From an uncultured Desulfospira sp. (GTDB lineage: Bacteria; Desulfobacterota; Desulfobacteria; Desulfobacterales; Desulfobacteraceae), in the NCBI GenBank assembly GCA_963663165.1, contig OY760175.1, positions 160,001-224,000 on the forward strand: a stretch of DNA of 64,000 nucleotides, in the 5' to 3' direction. Position numbers and translations under genes: made by a program. The notes under the pieces were generated by a model. The model searched no databases and was not told the origin of the DNA. It worked only from the letters and a program-made list of their open reading frames with translations. Below, piece after piece: positions 43,788 through 54,584 of the stretch (the stretch's first letter is position 1; each line of letters starts with the position of its first letter).

Positions 43788-45054
43788 GCAGGCCCATGTC
43801 CTGGACCCGGGGCATATCAATGCCAAAAAAGATATACTGGTCCGGGACGGGGTGATTGAAGCCGTTCTTGACCCTGAAGACAGTCCGGAAAACCCCGATG
43901 GGGACATTCAGGTGGTTGAGGCTGACGGCATGATCCTTACCCCCGGCCTGATAGATGTTCATGTGCATTTAAGGGAACCGGGCCACGAATACAAAGAGAC
44001 CGTTGCCTCCGGTCTGAAAGCCGCGGCTTTCGGCGGATTTACAGCGGTCTGTGCCATGCCCAATACCCGCCCTGTAAACGATAACGGTCAGGTGACCGCA
44101 TTTATCCTCCTTCAAGGGGAAAAAGCCGCTATGGCAAGGGTCTATCCCGCCGGCGCCATTTCCGTGGGGCTTAAGGGACAGAACCTTGCTCAGATCTATG
44201 ACATGAAAAATGCCGGGATCCGGGCCGTGACCGATGACGGCATGCCCGTTGAAGATTCCCAGCTTATGCGCAGGGCTTTGGAATACTGCAAAGACCTTGA
44301 TATCCCTGTGCTGGTCCATGCCGAAGACAAACAACTTACCGCCGGCGGGTCCATGAACGAGGGGCCCCAGGCCACCCTCATGGGCATCAAGGGGATCCCC
44401 AATCAGGCTGAATCCGCCATGGTTGTCCGGGATATCGGGTTGTCTGAGCTGACCGGCGCCCATGTCCATTTCTGCCATATCAGCACGGCCCAGTCTGTTG
44501 AGGCCATCCGCCAGGCCAAACAGCGCGGTGTGTCCGTTACCTGCGAGACCGCCCCCCACTATTTTACCCTGACGGATCAGGCCATCACCGAATATGACAC
44601 CAACTTCAAGATGAACCCGCCCTTAAGGTCTGAAACCGATCGCATGGCCGTTATCCAAGGGCTTTGTGACGGTACCATTGACATGATTGCCACAGACCAT
44701 GCCCCCCACAGCGTGGATGAAAAAGACCTGGAATTTGACCAGGCCGCCTTTGGGATCATCGGCCTTGAGACAGCCCTTCCCTTGTCCTTAAAATTGGTTC
44801 AGGACGGCCATTTGACCATGGAAGAACTAATTGTGAAGATGGCTAAAAATCCGGCCCGGCTGATGGGTGTTGAAAACGATATCAAACCGGGCAATGTGGC
44901 AGACCTGACACTTATTGACCCGGAAACGGCCTTTACCATTACCCCGGAAGCGTTTGTTTCCAAATCAAGGAACACCCCCTTTGCCGGGATGGAAGTCAAG
45001 GGCCGGGCATTCATGACCATTGTCGGCGGCCGTATTGTTTATCAAAAATCTTGA
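43771..45054 (+). CDS. pyrC: Dihydroorotase
   Basis: DVHVHLREPG, MPNT, KMNPPLR, ATDHAPH. Confidence 0.96.
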   Translation: MKMLIRQAHVLDPGHINAKKDILVRDGVIEAVLDPEDSPENPDGDIQVVEADGMILTPGLIDVHVHLREPGHEYKETVASGLKAAAFGGFTAVCAMPNTRPVNDNGQVTAFILLQGEKAAMARVYPAGAISVGLKGQNLAQIYDMKNAGIRAVTDDGMPVEDSQLMRRALEYCKDLDIPVLVHAEDKQLTAGGSMNEGPQATLMGIKGIPNQAESAMVVRDIGLSELTGAHVHFCHISTAQSVEAIRQAKQRGVSVTCETAPHYFTLTDQAITEYDTNFKMNPPLRSETDRMAVIQGLCDGTIDMIATDHAPHSVDEKDLEFDQAAFGIIGLETALPLSLKLVQDGHLTMEELIVKMAKNPARLMGVENDIKPGNVADLTLIDPETAFTITPEAFVSKSRNTPFAGMEVKGRAFMTIVGGRIVYQKS

Positions 45055-45082
45055 AGTCTAAATCTTAAGAGGTTAAGCGCCT

Positions 45083-46474
45083 ATGAGCGATAAGCACCGG
45101 ATACTGGTTGTTGATGATGAGCCGTCCATGCGGGAGTTTTTAGATGTTCTCTTATCCAAAGAAGGGTATGATGTGGTGCTCGCCAAGAACGGTAAACAGG
45201 CCTTGGGGCTAATTAGAAAGCGCAGTTTTGACCTGGTGCTTTCAGATATCCGTTTAGGGGACATTACCGGACTCGATGTTTTAAGGGAAGTCAAAAAACA
45301 TGAGTCCGGCACGGTGGTGATTCTGATTTCTGCCTACTCCACAACGGAGATTGCCGTTGAGGCCATGAACGAAGGGGCCTATGACTTTGTTCCCAAACCT
45401 TTTGACAATACAGAACTCAAGGACACTATTGCCAAGGCCTTAGAGCTTAAGACCCTGGAGCATGAAAAGGAACGGGTCAGCAGCGAACTTAAAGACCAGA
45501 CCCATTTTAACCGGATCATCGGCAAAAGCCCGGGCATGCAGGCCATCTATAAACGGATCGAACAGGTCGGCCCCACCAAGACCAACGTATTGATTACCGG
45601 TGAAAGCGGTACGGGAAAAGAACTGATTGCCCGGGCCATCCATGAAAATTCCGACCGCAGGAACAAGCCCTTTGTGGTGGTCAACTGCGGCGGCATCCCG
45701 GACACCCTTATGGAAAGCGAGTTTTTCGGCCATGTCAAAGGTTCGTTCACCGGGGCCGTGGCCGATAAACAAGGCCTTTTTGAGGCGGCGAACCAGGGCA
45801 CCATTTTTCTGGATGAAATTGGTGAATTATCCATGATGCTCCAGGTAAAGCTCCTCCGGGCGGTTCAGGAAACCTCATTCAAGCCGGTAGGCGGGACCCA
45901 GGAAATTGATGTGGATATCCGGATTATTTCCGCGACCAATAAACAATTGGAGCAGGAAGTGATTGAAGGCAACTTCAGGGAGGACCTTTTTTTCCGGCTC
46001 AATGTGATCCCCATAAAAGTGCCGCCCTTAAGGGACCGCAAAGGGGATATTGAACTGTTATCCAAGCATTTTGCTGAAAAGTATGCCAAAAAAATGGGAA
46101 AGGATATTGTCAAGCTCTCCTCCTATGCCATTGATTTTTTAAACAAGTACGATTTTCCCGGCAATGTCAGGGAACTTGAAAACCTCATTGAACGGAGCGT
46201 GGCCCTGTCATCCACCAATATCATCCTGCCCGAAAGCCTGACCATTTCTACCCACAAGAAACGCCGGTGGGTGGAGGGAATCGACAACCGGCGGTTTGAT
46301 TTGGAACAGGTGGAGCAGGGGGTTGATTTAGATGACATTCTCAACACCATTGAAGCGGCTTACCTGAAACGGGCCATGGAGCTTGCCAAGGGCAATAAGA
46401 GCAAGGCTGCCGAATATCTAGGCTTAACCCTTCGATCCATGCGATACCGCCTGAATAAAGTAGATGATATTTAA
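45083..46474 (+). CDS. Sigma54-dependent response regulator (NtrC/PilR-like)
   Basis: REC domain, GESGTGKE, GSFTGA, FLDEIG, PGNVREL, C-terminal Fis-type HTH. Confidence 0.93.
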   Translation: MSDKHRILVVDDEPSMREFLDVLLSKEGYDVVLAKNGKQALGLIRKRSFDLVLSDIRLGDITGLDVLREVKKHESGTVVILISAYSTTEIAVEAMNEGAYDFVPKPFDNTELKDTIAKALELKTLEHEKERVSSELKDQTHFNRIIGKSPGMQAIYKRIEQVGPTKTNVLITGESGTGKELIARAIHENSDRRNKPFVVVNCGGIPDTLMESEFFGHVKGSFTGAVADKQGLFEAANQGTIFLDEIGELSMMLQVKLLRAVQETSFKPVGGTQEIDVDIRIISATNKQLEQEVIEGNFREDLFFRLNVIPIKVPPLRDRKGDIELLSKHFAEKYAKKMGKDIVKLSSYAIDFLNKYDFPGNVRELENLIERSVALSSTNIILPESLTISTHKKRRWVEGIDNRRFDLEQVEQGVDLDDILNTIEAAYLKRAMELAKGNKSKAAEYLGLTLRSMRYRLNKVDDI

Positions 46475-46504
46475 AATTTTTAAATAGTGTCTAACTGAAA
46501 CCTT

Positions 46505-46629
46505 GTGTTTGGACGAAAAGTTGCCCAGATGCAAGGCGCAGGAAAAGTTGTAACCGGAGCAACCTTTTGGTTGTGAGGATTGCAACTTTTCCTGTAACGC
46601 AGCAGATGGGTGACTTTTCGTTCAAACAC
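46505..46629 (+). repeat. ~122-bp structured intergenic repeat, full copy
   Basis: Homologous to 26091-26212, with compensatory substitutions. Confidence 0.88.
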
Positions 46630-47750
46630 TAAATTGGGTGCCTGATTTTAAAACAGGTCCCCAACACCTCAGACGTTTCAAACCAGACCCGGCTGTTTAA
46701 ACAGGTTTCACCGAATAATTTCATGGAATAGGTCCCAAATCCCCTGCCTGGCCCGGGCTTTGACGTAAAGTGGCGCTGAAAGATCCGTTTTTGGAAATGT
46801 TCCGGGATGGCGGTCTGGTTCCAGACTTCAAAGGTGACGGCATCAACAGACGGTTCCACGGATATCCGTATGGATCCGCCGTCAATGGTCGCCTCAAGGG
46901 CATTGATCACCATGTTGCCAAGGATTCGTGACAAGAGAAGCAAGTCGGTCTTTAAGCAGATGGCTGGATCTGTCCAGTTTTCCAGAATCTTTTTGTTTTT
47001 AAGGGCCTTATGCCCTTTTATGGCAACACCAAGCGCCTGACGTATGTCGGAAAGCGGCACCACCTTGGGGGCAGGGGTATAGGATTGATCTTTGTGCAGG
47101 GAAAACCGTTTCTGAACGGCCACTTCGCTGATCAGTCGTTCAACGGCCCCCTTTATGGCCTGGATAGACCCGTCGTCCGGGTGGTCCATATCGGCTATCT
47201 GAAGGTGGCCGTAAAGGGAGGTCAGGGTATTGTTGATATCATGGAAAAACACATGGTCTAAATTGGCCCAGAACTGCTCTTTGGTGATATCCCGGGCATA
47301 AATTAAAATCCACCGTTGACCGTCCGCTTTAATGGGCCTGGCCTTGATTTGAAGACAGATGTCCGAAATTTCGCCGTTTTGATCTGAAACCAGGGCGCAG
47401 ATCCGCTCATCGCTCTGGTTCTGGTCAATGGCCGCCATCATGGCAATGGCCGCCCCGCAGGTAAGACAGTACTCGGTGGTGCCGCATCCGGCAGGCCCTT
47501 TACCGGCATGGACACAGCTCAAACTTTCTCCAAGCCTTAAACCCAGGGCCTGTTCCGCATCTTCAATGCCCAGTTGTTCCAGGAAATGGTGGTTCAATGC
47601 CACGATCTGGCGGTCTTCGTTCAAGACCACCAGAACCCCGGATGCGGTTTCCAGCAGGGCGTTCATAATGGAGCTTTCGGCAATGGAAGACAGCTGGTTT
47701 TTAAATTTTCTTCGTTCAGTTCTGTGTGCTGGTGCAAAAAATGTATCCAT
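46629..47750 (-). CDS. Sensor histidine kinase with a Cys-rich PAS-like domain
   Basis: GE.L.C.H..G..GCGT...C..C; FFHDINN; NMVINALEA; GRGFG. Confidence 0.85.
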   Translation of the reverse strand: MDTFFAPAHRTERRKFKNQLSSIAESSIMNALLETASGVLVVLNEDRQIVALNHHFLEQLGIEDAEQALGLRLGESLSCVHAGKGPAGCGTTEYCLTCGAAIAMMAAIDQNQSDERICALVSDQNGEISDICLQIKARPIKADGQRWILIYARDITKEQFWANLDHVFFHDINNTLTSLYGHLQIADMDHPDDGSIQAIKGAVERLISEVAVQKRFSLHKDQSYTPAPKVVPLSDIRQALGVAIKGHKALKNKKILENWTDPAICLKTDLLLLSRILGNMVINALEATIDGGSIRISVEPSVDAVTFEVWNQTAIPEHFQKRIFQRHFTSKPGPGRGFGTYSMKLFGETCLNSRVWFETSEVLGTCFKIRHPI

Positions 47751-47903
47751 GGCCGTATCCCTTTAAAATTTCATGGCGAAGAAAGGGTTTCAAACCCGTC
47801 ATCAAAGTATTGATTTTAGATTTTGTGAATATCATCGAATATGTATCACATTCGCCAGGTTAAGTTTAGGGGATCAGATCATTTTTTTTTGCAATCAACA
47901 ATA

Positions 47904-48027
47904 CAACGTCATTAACTTAAGCGTTAATACAAGAAACTGGAAACAAGAGACAAGAGGGTGAAGCGCCGTTGGCGCCCATTTTATAACCCCTGCGCGCTAT
48001 GCCAAATTTCTTAAGTTAATGGCATTG
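47904..48027. mobile_element. 124-bp MITE with IS4/IS231-like terminal inverted repeats
   Basis: TIRs CAACGTCATTAACTTAAG / CTTAAGTTAATGGCATTG (16/18); flanking 10-bp direct repeat ATCAACAATA / ATCGACAATA. Confidence 0.85.
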
Positions 48028-48301
48028 ATCGACAATAAATACCTGGCATCAGGAATGGGTTGCCCAAATGGAAAAATAGATGGGGAACGTGCCTGAAACA
48101 GCCGTACAAAAAAGTCCTTCTGAGCCGGGAAGGGTTCAAAGGGGGGAGATCCGGAAAGGGGAAGAGCCCCATCGGCCCGGATGAGGCCGACGTTGATGCC
48201 AGTTCCGAGAATAAGAAATCCTATTCATGAAGGGGCATACCAAGGGGCCATTCGATCAGGGAAATAAAAAACCGAAATCAAAAATGATTCCGGTTAAATG
48301 G

Positions 48302-48378
48302 TGGTCGGGATGAGAGGATTTGAACCTCCGACCCCCTCGTCCCGAACGAGGTGCTCTACCAGGCTGAGCCACATCCCG
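48302..48378 (-). tRNA. tRNA-Pro(CGG)
   Basis: CGGGATG...CATCCCG-ACCA; anticodon loop TTCGGGA; GGTTCAAATCC. Confidence 0.96.
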
Positions 48379-48415
48379 ACTAAAGCAGGTTAATTACATT
48401 AAAGTTCTTTGATTG

Positions 48416-50163
<1,748 letters not shown>

Positions 50164-50420
50164 ACTGCCCGGACTATATAAGGCTTTTATTTCAAGGTCA
50201 AATACTAATGTAACGGAGAACGGAAGAAAAGGGGACCGCAGGCCGGAATGCGAACCTCCTGAATATACACTCCGGTCTTGGTTTTATACATCTGACGTCT
50301 TTCTCTTCGCCTGTTTCCAGTTTTTTTCAATATCATGCTGGCGTATATATACGGTTTTCCTGGATCAATTTGTAAAATACCTTGAAATTCAAAAAAGGCT
50401 TTGGTATAAGATCTGCTGTT

Positions 50421-50497
50421 GCGCCCGTAGCTCAGCTGGATAGAGTACTTGACTACGAATCAAGGGGTCGGACGTTCGAATCGTCTCGGGCGCGCCA
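50421..50497 (+). tRNA. tRNA-Arg(ACG)
   Basis: GCGCCCG...CGGGCGC-GCCA; anticodon arm CTTGA-CTACGAA-TCAAG; GTTCGAATC. Confidence 0.97.
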
Positions 50498-50554
50498 TAA
50501 ACGATAAGGGTTTTCAGGTTTTGGCTTGAAAACCTTTTTTGTTTTCAAACATGA

Positions 50555-50580
50555 TTTTGCCCACTTTTTGCCCACTTTTT
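50555..50580. repeat. Tandem direct repeat, putative tyrosine-integrase arm-binding sites
   Basis: TTTTGCCCACT x2, about 60 bp from the tRNA end. Confidence 0.6.
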
Positions 50581-50949
50581 TAATCATATGGACTGGTCTT
50601 CATGGCTTGAAAATATTTCCCCAAGAAAAATGGGGTCCTTATTTAGATTGGGCCGTCAAAAAAGGGAAGGGGGCACCAGGACACCCCGGATTAGGCCAAA
50701 AATCAGCCTCCACCCTCCAGGGTGACCGGCGGGGGCTGGTCAAAAATGTAAAGGTTAAGCAAGAAAAGTGCCGCTCTGTATCCATTGGTAGTCAAGCTAT
50801 TTCAGTTACGGCATGGATCATGCTTAACATTTACATTACTTTATAATCAATATGTATGTGAATAATGAACCGCCGCGTAAAATTTTTGATCAAGGCAGGG
50901 TTTCTGCCGGATTGGGAACCGCCCCTTCCACCCGTCCGTTTTTGGGCAT

Positions 50950-50983
50950 AAAAAAGCCCCTGGCAGCGGATACCACCAGGGGC
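50950..50983 (-). terminator. Intrinsic terminator closing the element's leftward operon
   Basis: Minus strand GCCCCTGG...CCAGGGGC then T6. Confidence 0.8.
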
Positions 50984-51005
50984 CTGATAGGGGTTTAGGA
51001 ATTAT

Positions 51006-51344
51006 TTACGAGTTCAACACCTGCCGGATATTGGAAGCCACGATTTTAAAATCCCAATCTTCCTGGCCTTCCTCCATCTGCCTGGCCAGACCATCCAGGA
51101 ACCTTTCAAGCCGCTCTGTCCGGGCTAATTCTGATTTGTTTATCTGTTTTTTCAGTGAAGCTACGACATCATCCATACCAACGACCATATCATCCAAGAA
51201 TCCAGCTAAAGCCCTCAAACAATCAAAATTTTGAATTGCATCCATATTTTTGGAATGGAATAAGACGGTTGATAGGAAATACATTTTTTGATTTATGCCG
51301 ACGATGTCATCATATGTGGTCCTTAGGGGATTAGATGTTTTCAT
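51006..51344 (-). CDS. Hypothetical protein
   Basis: ORF overlapping the upstream stop, RBS GGAGG. Confidence 0.6.
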   Translation of the reverse strand: MKTSNPLRTTYDDIVGINQKMYFLSTVLFHSKNMDAIQNFDCLRALAGFLDDMVVGMDDVVASLKKQINKSELARTERLERFLDGLARQMEEGQEDWDFKIVASNIRQVLNS

Positions 51345-51747
51345 ACTGCACCTCCAATCTTTCAACCTGAGCCCGGAAATCCGCAATCAGGTCCCTTAAT
51401 ATGTCATGGCTTGCCTTTTCCGGCAGAGAGGCAAAGAAACCCTTGCACAGGTCCTTGTATCCCTTGGCTTTCATTTTCAACTTTGGGTATTCACCAAGTT
51501 GTTGTCTCCACTGCTCATTGGAAATATCGATCAGATATTCAATCTCCTCACAAGCGTCTTTGAGCGAACCTGACAGGGTAAGAATATTGTCTTGATTAAT
51601 GACGTTGCCAGTTACAAGCTCCTCTTTGTCCAGGCACCAAAGCATGTCAGCCAGCAATTTTATCTTTCCTATTGGGTGGCATACTTCGGCAAAGATATCA
51701 TAGTGGTTCAACAGCTCTTCTTTTGTGAAATCGGCTTTAATTTGCAT
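51331..51747 (-). CDS. Hypothetical protein
   Basis: ORF coupled to both neighbours, RBS AGGGGG. Confidence 0.6.
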   Translation of the reverse strand: MQIKADFTKEELLNHYDIFAEVCHPIGKIKLLADMLWCLDKEELVTGNVINQDNILTLSGSLKDACEEIEYLIDISNEQWRQQLGEYPKLKMKAKGYKDLCKGFFASLPEKASHDILRDLIADFRAQVERLEVQYENI

Positions 51748-52327
51748 GACTGACACCCCCTTGTTCACTTTTCCATTTTTCTATCTCTTGGGGGAAGGCA
51801 TACCAAAATTTTCGGCCAGGGATCTTGAAAGCCGGCAGGCCTTTTTTATTAACAAAAAGCTTTATCTTATTATATTCAATACCAGCAGCCTTTGTTATTT
51901 CCATTGTGCCTCTAAGAATGGTCATTTCTTCGGGTGGCGAGTTTGGGAACGGCATTCTGTTTGCTTCCACTTCCTTTTTCCGGAAATCGAAGGTAATGAC
52001 TTTTGCATAAGGGATCTCATCAAGCTTTTTTTCTTGACGTTGTATTTGATCTCTTAGCATTTCTGCTAATTCATCCCTGGTTTTCTTAAAAAACCCCTGG
52101 GGAACTCCTGCACAAGATTCTATCCGATTACCACTGAGATCTGTTCCCGAAAATTCCAAGCCAAGAACACAAGAATGCATTGAAATTTTCATCAATTCTG
52201 ACAAGAGATTTTTAGCAGAATGGATATCTTTTTCAAGTTTCTTTGCCTCTTCTCTACGTTCATATGTTCTAAGAGGAAGTTGTTCTCTAATCTTATATCT
52301 ATATTTTTCCATGCCATAAGCGCTCAT
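51737..52327 (-). CDS. Hypothetical protein with a C-terminal excisionase-like HTH
   Basis: G..EI....G......V..KGLPAFK....W.A....IEKW pattern. Confidence 0.55.
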   Translation of the reverse strand: MSAYGMEKYRYKIREQLPLRTYERREEAKKLEKDIHSAKNLLSELMKISMHSCVLGLEFSGTDLSGNRIESCAGVPQGFFKKTRDELAEMLRDQIQRQEKKLDEIPYAKVITFDFRKKEVEANRMPFPNSPPEEMTILRGTMEITKAAGIEYNKIKLFVNKKGLPAFKIPGRKFWYAFPQEIEKWKSEQGGVSHAN

Positions 52328-52722
52328 TATTCCCTCCTTTCTGCAATTATTTTCAATTCCTTCATTACTTCAGGGGAAACGACCGGATGCTGGTCAGGAA
52401 AGCACTCATCATACTTCCGTTCAATGAAGCGCTTGGCGTTCTCGTAATAAAATGGGTGATCGTCTCTTAATATTCTCATTAAAGGAACAATGTAATATTC
52501 CGGATTCTCCCCTCTGGCTTTTTTTCTCTGGTACAACACTTCAGCATAAATTGATTTGATCACTTCTTGATCGTGTCCCATATCTGATAGTTTTATCAGC
52601 CAAAGGTAATCATTTTCTGTTTCTTCCTTGGGGTGTTTTTCTTCTGGAAATGTTGATTGTTTTGAAAAAGGGATGATCTCAGTTTGATTGACAGGTGTTC
52701 GTGGTTTCTGACAAGATTTCAT
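52327..52722 (-). CDS. Hypothetical protein, first gene after the C4-like RNA
   Basis: RBS GGAGG before ATG 52722. Confidence 0.6.
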   Translation of the reverse strand: MKSCQKPRTPVNQTEIIPFSKQSTFPEEKHPKEETENDYLWLIKLSDMGHDQEVIKSIYAEVLYQRKKARGENPEYYIVPLMRILRDDHPFYYENAKRFIERKYDECFPDQHPVVSPEVMKELKIIAERRE

Positions 52723-52744
52723 TTGTACCTCCAAAAACAAAATG

Positions 52745-52810
52745 GGGGTTAGGTGTCTCAAGGTTTCAGAAAAACCTTTGCGGTCCTTTCGGATTGCGCC
52801 ACCATACCCC
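52745..52810 (-). ncRNA. Putative C4/CI-like antisense RNA (three-way junction)
   Basis: Outer stem GGGGT..GGTG/CACC..ACCCC; TCC-GAAA-GGA hairpin; AAGGTTT-TTCTG-AAACCTT hairpin; complementary target at 52872-52886. Confidence 0.6.
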
Positions 52811-52893
52811 AATTATATTTTGAGTACTGCATATACAAATAAATATACCGGATTAACGGCCCGGTTCACCGTTCTGAATTTTGAGAGGTCTCC

Positions 52894-52922
52894 ATTCTCA
52901 TAAAATTTGGGCATGGTGTCAA
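52894..52922 (-). promoter_or_regulatory. Sigma70-type promoter for the C4-like module
   Basis: TTGACA-17 nt-GAGAAT. Confidence 0.65.
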
Positions 52923-52978
52923 GGCTTAATTTTGTGGCTCATATTTTCGGGATTATGATCCACAAACAGAATTGAGGT

Positions 52979-53194
52979 TCATTCATTAACACCAAACCGC
53001 CGCTCCAGCCGGGGAAAAACCTTCAACAGCAGCCGGGTACATTTCAGGGCCTCTTCCCGGATCACTGCCGGGTCTTTCACTTGGCCGCTGTTATCTTCCA
53101 TCTGGGGGCAACCGGAGCAATCAAATCCGGCGCTGTCTTCAATGGCGGCCCGGGTCAGGCAATCGTTATACTGAGAACACCATATGTTTCTCAT
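52979..53194 (-). CDS. Small Cys-rich hypothetical protein
   Basis: RN..C..Y..CL..AA......FDC..C. Confidence 0.55.
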   Translation of the reverse strand: MRNIWCSQYNDCLTRAAIEDSAGFDCSGCPQMEDNSGQVKDPAVIREEALKCTRLLLKVFPRLERRFGVNE

Positions 53195-53203
53195 TGGCCC
53201 CCA

Positions 53204-54580
53204 TCAGGCCGCCAACCTGCTCAAAATTCCCTGGTTTTCATATGTATAATTACGGCTCTTGGCTGATGCCGCAAAGACAGGGTTCAACCCATCCACAAAG
53301 TCAAAAATTACAGCCTTATCTTTTCCGGGTGCTGGCCGGAGTGCCCGGCCTATGTACTGGATCAGGCGGCCTGAAAATTTAACCGGCGTTGCCAGGAACA
53401 CAGTGGATATTCCCGGCAGGTCAAACCCTTCTCCGATAAGCTGGCCTGTGGCAATCAGGTAACGGCATTCATCATTCTGCAGGGCCTTGATTATCCGTTC
53501 CCGGTCACTTTTGGTGGTGGCTCCGGTCAATACCTCAGCCTGAATTCCATGGGCATCCTCCAGGATATTTTTAAGCACCTGGCAGTGTTCTTTTCTGTCA
53601 GACAGAACCAGGCTGACACCATGGCCGTTATTCTCGGCAACCGTCCTGCAAATCAACCGGTTCCTGGTTGAATCTTCGGTCAGTTCTGACAGGGCCTTAG
53701 AATAGAACTCGCTGGCATCCACAAAGGGAGAAAATCCGGTCTTAATCCATTTGACCTCTGCCGGGCAAAGGTTGCCGGCCTGGACAAGGTCCTGCTTATC
53801 AATCCTGCCGGCAACGTCCCCGACGTGCCAAAAGATGACCTTTGAAAGTCCGTCACGTCTCCAGGGGGTAGCCGTGAGCCCAAGCAAGTACTTACAGTCA
53901 AAGGCGGTCACGGCATCGGTAAAGGTCCTGCTCGAAACTCTGTGGCATTCATCCACAACCAGGTGGCCGATATGGGGAACAACATCATCCACCCGTTTGA
54001 AAAGGGTCTGAACCGTGGCAACGGTGATCCGGTCCCCGATGGTGAACTTACCGCTGCCGATTATGCCGATTTCATCTCGGGGGATTCCCAGGAACTGTTC
54101 AATCCGGTCAATCCACTGGTTCAAAAGTTCCTTGGTATGAACGATGATAAGCGCCGGCTGTTTTCGCTCAGCAACCAGGTAAAGGCCCATGACGGTTTTC
54201 CCGGCACCGGTCCCGGCTTCAAGTAACCCTGAGTCACGGGAAAGAATCCCATCAACCGCCTGCTGTTGCAATGGCCGGAGCTTTCCCTGAAACTGGAATT
54301 CAGCCGGAGCTAGGATCCTACGTTCGTCAATTATCCGGATATCTTCACCCATTCGGGTACATAAAAAATAAAGTTGCTTTGCTGCCCCTCTGGGACAGGC
54401 CAGGAAGTCCGGAGCCTCATGATAAAATTTCAACTCCCGATCAATTCCCCAGGTGGCCCGGCCCATTTTTTTTGCTTCGGCATATTTAGGATTGGGCATG
54501 GTCAAACGCCGTTTGACTGCTTCCCGGGTTGCCGGATTCAGGCCGGTTAAAATTGCCTTGCTGTTCAGTTTAAATATCAT
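53204..54580 (-). CDS. Superfamily 2 DEAD/DEAH-box helicase (ResIII/UvsW-like)
   Basis: LRPLQ, AGTGAGKT, DECH, GLTATP, EGFD, QYIGRALR. Confidence 0.92.
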   Translation of the reverse strand: MIFKLNSKAILTGLNPATREAVKRRLTMPNPKYAEAKKMGRATWGIDRELKFYHEAPDFLACPRGAAKQLYFLCTRMGEDIRIIDERRILAPAEFQFQGKLRPLQQQAVDGILSRDSGLLEAGTGAGKTVMGLYLVAERKQPALIIVHTKELLNQWIDRIEQFLGIPRDEIGIIGSGKFTIGDRITVATVQTLFKRVDDVVPHIGHLVVDECHRVSSRTFTDAVTAFDCKYLLGLTATPWRRDGLSKVIFWHVGDVAGRIDKQDLVQAGNLCPAEVKWIKTGFSPFVDASEFYSKALSELTEDSTRNRLICRTVAENNGHGVSLVLSDRKEHCQVLKNILEDAHGIQAEVLTGATTKSDRERIIKALQNDECRYLIATGQLIGEGFDLPGISTVFLATPVKFSGRLIQYIGRALRPAPGKDKAVIFDFVDGLNPVFAASAKSRNYTYENQGILSRLAA

Positions 54581-54584
54581 GCTA

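Noticed and set aside
48040..48300. Possible ncRNA or gene fragment next to tRNA-Pro
   Set aside because: Only a short hairpin and a purine-rich tract; no recognisable family or convincing ORF
50526..50846. 106-aa plus-strand ORF after tRNA-Arg
   Set aside because: TTG start inside a hairpin/att region, no RBS and no motifs
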